Both the position numbers and the translations under genes were made by a program. Source: Neocallimastix sp. 'constans' (Eukaryota). Taken from it: a stretch of DNA of 64,000 nucleotides. The DNA lies in contig JBODTK010000012.1 of NCBI GenBank assembly GCA_050613775.1, positions 744,001 through 808,000 of the forward strand, written 5' to 3'. The first letter of the stretch is position 1. Each line of letters opens with the position of its first letter. Under the pieces are notes generated by a model. It was not told where the DNA came from. It did not search any database and saw only the letters and a program-made list of their open reading frames with translations. Below, in pieces: positions 52,971 through 64,000 of the stretch.

Positions 52971-53463
52971 ATTAAAAAAGGTTCTTATTGATAATAAATC
53001 TTTATTTACATGTAATTTATATGTCCTAAAAAAAAAAAAAAAAAAAGCATCACTCATGGAGTGTTGTTTTTGATCCAACTTCCCTAATAGTTTAGAATTG
53101 GTTCTATTGAAATTTCTTATAATATAAATTTTTTTTTGTAATTTTCAAATGTTGTCCAACACTAAATAGTAATGTAAGTGCTGCATCATTTAACACTTCT
53201 CACTTCTTATAAAAACTTCATTCAGGAAATTTAATTTAAATAAGAAACACTTCAGTATATTCAATTACTAAAAATTTTAAATTTTACTATTAAATTCATT
53301 TTTTTTATTATTTTTTATTTCTTTTTATTATATATTTTTTATTTACTATTTAAAATACATTAAATAAAATTTTATTTATAAAACACTAACTATAACAAAA
53401 ATAATTTAATAAATTTTATTTAAATTACTTCGTTAATTTTCCAACATTAAGAAAATATTACAT

Positions 53464-55077
<1,614 letters not shown>

Positions 55078-58000
55078 TTATATTACAAATATTATATTGA
55101 TATTATATTTTATACTTTTTCTTTTTTGTTTAATTTAAAACTTTTATTTTTTTTGTTTATTTTTTGTTTTGTTTTATTATTAATTTTTATTATTGGTATT
55201 GATTATTTTATTTGTTTACTTTTATATTTAGAAAAAAAATTATTTTTTAAATGGTATTATAAAATAGTAATTTTATATTTATTGAAAAATTTGAAATTAT
55301 AAAGTAAAATTTTAGTCTTTTTATACTAAAATTTTTTTTTTTTTTAAAATTTAGTAATAATATAAACAATATATGAATTAATGAAAAAAGTAAATATATA
55401 TTTATCTATATTTAATATATATTTAAATTTAAATTTATATATATTATATAATTTATATATATATAAATTTCTATATATATTTACAAATTTATATTTATAT
55501 TTTATATTTTTATTTATATTTATAATTAAATATTTATATATATATTTTTATATTTAATTAATTTATTATATTTAATTAAAGACTTTATGATATAAAAAAA
55601 AATTTTTTTTTTTAATTAAATAAATATAATTTTAATCGGATTATTCTTGTATTCTGCAGAAAAAAAACTTTTTTTCCATTCTATTAATAATGTTATCTTA
55701 AACTATTAATAATTAATAGGATGAATTATTTTACTTTAATGAGCCATTGAAATAAATAAATAAAATAAATATTATTAAATAAGGGTTAGTTAAGATAAAT
55801 TAATAATTATTATGCAATAAATAATAATTATTTTTTTAATGATATTATAATATATCTTATTTGTATATTATTTTATTATATGTGAATTTTTTTTTCTCTA
55901 TATATTGAAAGTAAAAGAATGAATAAATATAATTTAAATAAATATTTATTGCACTATAGAATAAAACCATTAAATGAAATACAAAAGAATTCAAATAATG
56001 AATAACTATTTTAAATTATTTTTCTGTTATTTAGTCTAATTATTATAGTTACCAGTCAAAACTTACTCTGCCATTCTTAAAAAACAATTATTTATTAAAG
56101 CTATTAACTATTTTAAAATTTATTATTATGTAATGTTATTAAGTCTTATTATATTTACTTATTGCTATTGACTATTATTTAATGTCATTTTTATTTATAA
56201 ATTTTATATATGTATAATTTCATATTTATTATTATTATTATTTTTTATATTGCATATTAATAATTTTTAGTTGAACCACTTTTTTTGCCAATTTTTTGTT
56301 TTATTTATTCTTATATATATTAATAAAAATATGATTTAAATTTTAATTAATTCATCTAGAAAGATCTCATAATTTCTATTTTTTTACTTAAAATATTTGT
56401 TAATAATTATTTATTAATATTAATTATTATTTATTAATATTATTTATTATTTATTAATTATTATTTGATATTATTAATTATTAATTATTAATTAATAATT
56501 ATTTATTATTTATTTTTTTATTATTTATTATTATATATTTATTATTTATTTTTTTATTATTTATTATTATATATTTATTATTTATTTTTTTATTATTTAT
56601 ATTATATATTCATTATTTAATTATTTATTATTTATTTTTTATTATTTATTAATATTTATTAATATTTATTATTTTTTATGCTTTATTTTTATTTATTTAT
56701 TAATTAATATTTATAAACTATTATTTATTATTATTTAATATTTATTATTCATCCATTCACTACTTCATTATTGAAAGAATAATATTTATTAAATATTACT
56801 AATTCTTCATTATCTATTAATATTTTAATATATATCGGAATTAATGTTATATTAATTCATTTATTACACGTCTATAATAACTATTTTAAAACATTGTAAT
56901 GTACTTAAAAGTAAGTGAATAATTAAATAAATTTTAAGTTTGACAAAGTTTAAAAACTTTAAATTATTATTAATTATTTATATTACTAAAAATGTTAAAA
57001 TATGAAATAAATTAATTGTTATATAATATGTTTAAATATATATATTGATATCCATTCAAATTAAATGAAAAATAAGAATTTTAAAGTTTCATTTTTTAAT
57101 AAGTAATTTAGTCATATTTTTTATTTTTATAATTTTCTCATATATTACTTAGAATTAATTCTATTTTTATTCATATACATTTTTTTATTTATTTATTAAC
57201 TTATTTATTATTAATTTCCTTTTTTATTTTAAAACATTTATATTTCATGTAAATTTCATACTAGGTTTAAAGTTTTTTATTATATAGTAGTGAAAAAAAA
57301 AATTTAAGTTATTCCTCCCTATAAATCATTAATTAGAGTAATAGAACAGAACATTATATTATGGATAAATAATAAATTTATTTTATAAATGTAAAATTAT
57401 GAACTAAAAGATTAATATTTCAAATCAAATTATTAGGTGAAATTCTTTTCAAATAAAAATAAAAATAGCAATAAGGCATTCACATTATTTTTTTTAATTA
57501 CTATTTATATATGTATAAATGTATATATATTTTAAGTAAAATTAATTTGGATATTATTATATATATTTTCACAATGATAATTTTAATAATTTCATTAAAT
57601 TAATAATTATATAAAAATATTTATTTTAATATTTTAAAAAAAGATAAAATAATTATATTACTTTTATTATATATATATGAAATAAATATTTATTATTTGC
57701 ACAAACACTGTAAATCCGTTTGTGTATTCTATTGGGAAATAAGTATTAGATTTATTTGTCGTTGTTCCTGCAAAAAGAATATATATTACATATAAATAAT
57801 GAATATTCTTTTTTTTTTTTTTACTATATTTCAATTCTTTTTTTAAAAATGAATATAAATAATATTATTTTTTTATTTATGAAAGTGCAAAAGCTAATAT
57901 TTATGAAAAAATTTATAAAATGAATGAATGAATATAAACTATAATATAAATATGTATTTCCATTTAATTTTAATAATGTTAAAAAAAAAATTCTTTTTTT

Positions 58001-59681
58001 AAATACTATCTTTTTCTAATTATTTATTCTATTTAATATACAATATCTATAATATTTCAACAAATTAAAAAGGATATTTATTTTAGATATAATAACTATT
58101 TATTTATTATGTTCTGGGATGTTATGTTTATTATTTTTGGAGTATTTATCTCCTTTCCTTCAACTTTAATTTATATGGTTTCCTTTTTCTGGTGATTACA
58201 ATTTACTATAACTGTTAATATTTAGTACAAATCCTCTATTTACACGAATCCTAGAGCCTATTTATAGCGAAGTGTAGATAAAGCTATGTAAGGTGCTATG
58301 AGGGCTGAGGAACGGAGTTGATATAAGCCAATAATTACCCTTGTAGTAAGGCCAAATTTTTTGTAAATTGTTACTGTTGCTGATGGTTTCGGCATTGCTT
58401 TTTCCAATGGATGAAATGTGACTTTAATATTCATAATTATTGTTTCATTTCTTTTTTGACCTTAATTCTCTTAATAGTGGTTTCATTTATTTTTTTATTT
58501 TTATTTTTATTTTTATTTTTGGTTCCTTTATTAAAAGTTAATCTATTAGAATCAAAAATAAGGTAAAATAGAACAATATTCGAAATTAGAACTAAAGTTA
58601 TTACGGAAACTGATATTAATGTTAATATTGCTTATTCTTTAAATCTCTCTGATTTACTTTATGATGTATACGATTAGAAATTAATAGAACCAGAAAAATC
58701 TTCGTGTCGTTGATATTTATGATTTAAGTGGTATTTATAAAGATTCAGAAGACATTTAAGCTACTTTTGAATTTAGTAAAATATGTTTCCATAATCCAAT
58801 TCGTCTATAAAAGATATCTGTACTACTACTACGCATGGAAAACAAAAAAGTTAATCGTTCCAGTTGGAAAAATATTAATATGGGTCATTGTTGGGCTTCA
58901 TATTCGAAAAAGATATTGTTAATTAAAAACTATGTGATTTCAATATCTCTAATTAAAGATTTTATCGATGAAGGAGCATATAATTGTAATTGTTTTAAAA
59001 TTAAAGAGAAATTAAAAGAATTCTTTATATTACAAGAAAAAAAAGTTAAAAACATTTTATAAATAATTATTTTGATAATATAATAATTTATAACATATGT
59101 AACAGTAATTAATATAATAAAATGCTATAAAGAGAATGGAATATTAATATTATAAAATATTATAACTATTTATTATTATTATTATTTTTTTATATTAAAA
59201 TATTATAATTATATTTTTTTTATAAATTTTTATTAAATATTATTGTTGTAACGTGAAAAAAAGAAAAGAAAAAGAAAAATAATAATAAATATAAAGAAAT
59301 ATAAATCATTATGTAAATTTTTTTTTGGTCATTTATATAATTAGTTTTAAAATTATTTTATTATATAATGTAACATTTTCTTTAATATAATAATCCATTG
59401 TATAAAAATAAAATAATATTCTTCATGATAATCATATGAAGAAAGTACTCACAAAATTTTATTTGTTTGCTGATTGACTAATTTATTTGCTATATCTTTT
59501 AAAAAGGGTAAAAAAGTAAAATGTAAAATTTATTGATATTATATTATAAATTAAATGAAATTTTGGGTATATGAATAATTATTTCATTCCAATAGGGTGT
59601 AGAAGAGTGAACAATTAATATTATAATATTAAAGGAATATTTTAAAATATGTTGAATAAATAATTAAAATTTAATATTTTA

Positions 59682-59726
<45 letters not shown>

Positions 59727-59729
59727 TAC

Positions 59730-59774
<45 letters not shown>

Positions 59775-59999
59775 TTATATATAACAATAAAATAATTAAT
59801 AAGAAATTTATATTTAATTATAACATCCACCCCGTAAAGAATAAAATAATTAATATGTCTATTAATTTAAAGAAACACTTAATTATAGTATTATATTAGG
59901 ACTATCTAAAATATATATAAAAAAAAAAAGAATTGCCATAGTATGTTTTAATTCTGTAATTATTTTTTTAAATTAAAATAATCAATAATTTATTTATTA

Positions 60000-60015
60000 A
60001 AATATATAAACAAAA

Positions 60016-60074
<59 letters not shown>

Positions 60075-60169
60075 ATATATATATATATATATATAAATAA
60101 ATATATAAACAAAATAAATACATAAATAAATAAATAAATACATAAATAAATAAATAAATAAATAAATAA

Positions 60170-60249
<80 letters not shown>

Positions 60250-60315
60250 TATAAACAAAATAAATACATAAATAAATAAATAAATACATAAATAAATAAA
60301 TAAATAAATAAATAA

Positions 60316-60374
<59 letters not shown>

Positions 60375-60400
60375 ATATATATATATACATATATATATAT
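60000..60400. repeat. Compound (AAAT)n/(AT)n satellite with an internal ~150-bp duplication
   Basis: The block ATATAAACAAAATAAATACATAAATAAATAAATAAATACAT(AAAT)n occurs twice. It explains the low-complexity IYLF ORFs. Similar (AAAT)n tracts lie at 12340-12420, 49845-50110 and 62250-62295. Confidence 0.9.
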
Positions 60401-61125
60401 AAATAAAGTAAAATAATTGTATTAATCTCTCCTAATTTATTTTCTGCAAGTATCTAGAAGGATCTTCTTCTTTCTGGTTGTTTTTTATTTGTAGATAAGT
60501 AAAAATTATTTTATGTATTACTAAAACTAAATTAAATTTTAATATCGTACTATTAATTTAATTTTATCTTTGATATATTACAAAATATAATAAAATTATA
60601 TTGTATAAATAATTTAATAATATATTATAATAATAATTTATTTTTAATTAAAAACTTTGGTTTTTTAGAATAATTAATTATAAAGAATTATTCTTAAAAT
60701 CCTAAGTTTTTAATTAAATTTATTTAAATATTATATATTTATTCATTAATTTTTTTGAAATTTGGTCTTTGCCATGTTTTATGTCTTTTTTAATAAATTA
60801 AAGAATTAATAGAAAATAAAATTAAATAAACATAAAAATAACAAATAAAGAAAAATCGGAAGTAATAAATTTTCATATAAAAAGGCTTAAAGTTTTTCTT
60901 TAAAAATTTTTTGTTTTTCATTTTTCTTTATTTATTATTTATTATCATCAAAATAGTTTTTTAAAAATATTTATTAATATTTTTTTAAAAAAAAAATATT
61001 TATATCCCAGTTGTCATAGCAATAGATTATTAGAAGTTATTATTACTATTATTTTTATTTTAAATTATTTTTAATTTGGATAACATTATATATATATATA
61101 TATTTACCTCTAAATAAAATATTAA

Positions 61126-62046
<921 letters not shown>

Positions 62047-62248
62047 AAAATAAATGTATAAAATATAAAGAATTTTTTAAACAATTGAAAATCAAAATCA
62101 AAAATTTTTTTTATATGTAATTTTATATGTAATTAATTAATTTTCTATTAATTTTATTAATTTTTATTTAAATAATTCATAAATGTCAAAAAAGAAAAAA
62201 AAAAAAAAAAAAAAAGAAAAGAAGCATGTACAATAAAAAAAAGAAAAA

Positions 62249-62296
<48 letters not shown>

Positions 62297-62355
62297 ATAA
62301 TATATTTAAATTTTTTTTTTTTATTCTAGTTTTTGATAAATTATTACTTATAAGT

Positions 62356-62418
<63 letters not shown>

Positions 62419-62789
62419 TTAGAAGTGATAATATTAAATGTGATGATGATTACTTTGATTAATATCAATATTTTAATATATGAATTAATTATATATAATG
62501 AATTATTATAATTATTGGAAATTATAAAATTTATATATTTTTTGAAGTTTTTTAATAATTACAGATATTTTGTTTTTTTTTGTTATATTGTTTTAGTTAA
62601 ATTTATTTTAATGAAGTATTTAATGAATATTTTGAATTAGATTTTATAAATTGATTATTTCATAATTTCAAATTTATTAATATGTGATTTAATATGTAGG
62701 CAAAATTGATAATTTCTATTTAAATGAAAAATACACTAGTAGTTGATATAATAATAATACGAAAAAAAAACCTTTTTTCCATTAAACAA

Positions 62790-64000
62790 TTTTCCAGTCG
62801 AAATGATAAGGCATGGATTTTCACCTCCCGGTGGCCCATTATCTCCAATCATATTCAATTTATTCATTAATGATATACTAAATGACTGTGAAAAGTATGG
62901 TGTTAATATTGGAAGAAAAAAATATTGTGGTGGACTCTTTGCTGATGATATTGTTCTCATTGCTCCGTGCAAAAAAATCAAGAAAAATTATTAAAAAAGG
63001 TACATAAATGGGCTAATTTAAATGAAATGACTTTTGGTATTGAAAAATGTGCAACTATGTTTATGAAATCAATGAACTTCTAATCTCCTCCAAATTATAG
63101 TGACCCGACCTTCTATTTAGGAATGAATGCTATTCCAAAAGTTTCTAGTTATGTTTATCAAGGTATTCCTTTCTCAGATGATCTCTTATTTAAACACATT
63201 ATATTTCACATCCATTTTAAAGTTAGAAAATTCCTTCTTTCATTTACACGTTTCTTTTCAAATAAGCTTATTCCTATTGTATACAAGAAAAAAGTTTTTC
63301 AATCCTTTGTTATTAGTAAAGTTATTTATTATTCTCCTCTACTTGGTTCAAACAAATCTAGAACGGCTAGAATTCAAACATTAATTAATACTGGTCCATT
63401 TTGGTGTATCGGTTCCTTCTCTAAAAATGGTAATACAAATTCAAAAAACAACGACTATATTAGACATAATTCTACTATGAGTACTTATGCTTTATCTCGA
63501 GATCTAAGCATCCCTCCTATTGCTGGTATCTGCGAAAGTCTTACAAATTAAATCTTTTGCAAAATGGAGTAAATCAAACTGTATTATAAAGATCTTATTA
63601 AATCTTATCCCAAAATGCCTTATTATTCCTGGACTAAAGAATCTAGAACTTTGTATAAAAAAATCAAAAAATATAAATATGTAAAATATGATGATATTTT
63701 ATAACGTTACTGGAAATCAGTTTCCAAATTTCAAGGTATTAAAGGTCAAAATTACGATAGTAACAAGTTCTCAAATAATAAAGCTATAATTATGTTTATC
63801 TTAAAATATCCCCAATTCAACTTAGGGTTTTCATGGATTATACGTTTACGCTGTGATTATAAATACAATACTACTGTTGCTATTAGAATGGGTAGAGTTT
63901 CAGAAGATTGTCCCAAGACTTGCCCCTGTTGTGGCGAAAATAATCAATCTTTTGAACATTGGATTTTTAAATGCAATGCTCTTGCATCTTTTAGATGGAA
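62790..64000 (+). mobile_element. 5'-truncated, disrupted non-LTR retrotransposon ORF2 (RT C-terminal half to Zn finger), running off the window end
   Basis: GPLSPIIFNLFIND...GLFADDIVL (RT catalytic motif), WANLNEMTFGIEKCA, YVYQGIPF, WTKESRTL...YWK, WIIRLRC, CPCCGENNQSFEHWIFKC; several frameshifts and stops. Confidence 0.93.

Noticed and set aside
59968..60390. Low-complexity ORFs (IYLFIYLF...), also at 12289, 21270 and 49833-50061, plus similar F/I/Y/L-rich short ORFs at 2984, 4181, 7029, 38175 and 55060
   Set aside because: They are translations of (AAAT)n, (AT)n, poly-A/T tracts or plain AT-rich DNA, with no coding signal.
60440..60475. Possible heat-shock element upstream of the 4-unit polyubiquitin (TTCTGCAAGTATCTAGAAGGATC)
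   Set aside because: Only a degenerate match to alternating nGAAn units; too weak to call without conservation data.

Overview
Extremely AT-rich eukaryotic genomic DNA with long homopolymers, microsatellites and GT-AG introns. It is most likely from an anaerobic gut fungus (Neocallimastigomycota), inferred from fungal dockerin (CBM10/NCDD) domains, a CotH-dockerin fusion and base composition. Intact genes: a secreted Cys-rich/Thr-rich protein (1203-2843), a 3-exon CotH kinase with two dockerins (5426-8701, -), a head-to-head pair of large intronless ankyrin-repeat genes, a 2-exon secreted alpha/beta-hydrolase, a compact 3-exon Sen1/Upf1-type SF1 helicase, and a head-to-head pair of polyubiquitin genes (7 and 4 units). 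Broken genes: an ABCA transporter and an orphan dockerin fragment. At least eight pieces of one clade of non-LTR retrotransposon are scattered through the window; three have readable target-site duplications. There is also a 231-bp MITE. Most notable observations: (i) mirror-symmetric LINE<-Ub7 ... Ub4->LINE architecture with an insertion hotspot downstream of Ub7; (ii) a ~300-aa module present three times in one ankyrin protein and once in its neighbour; (iii) a MITE flanked by a perfect 76-bp direct duplication; (iv) a recurring dyad motif AGGTT-N5-AACCT near secreted-protein genes. All alignments and splice models were made by eye; no database searches were run.
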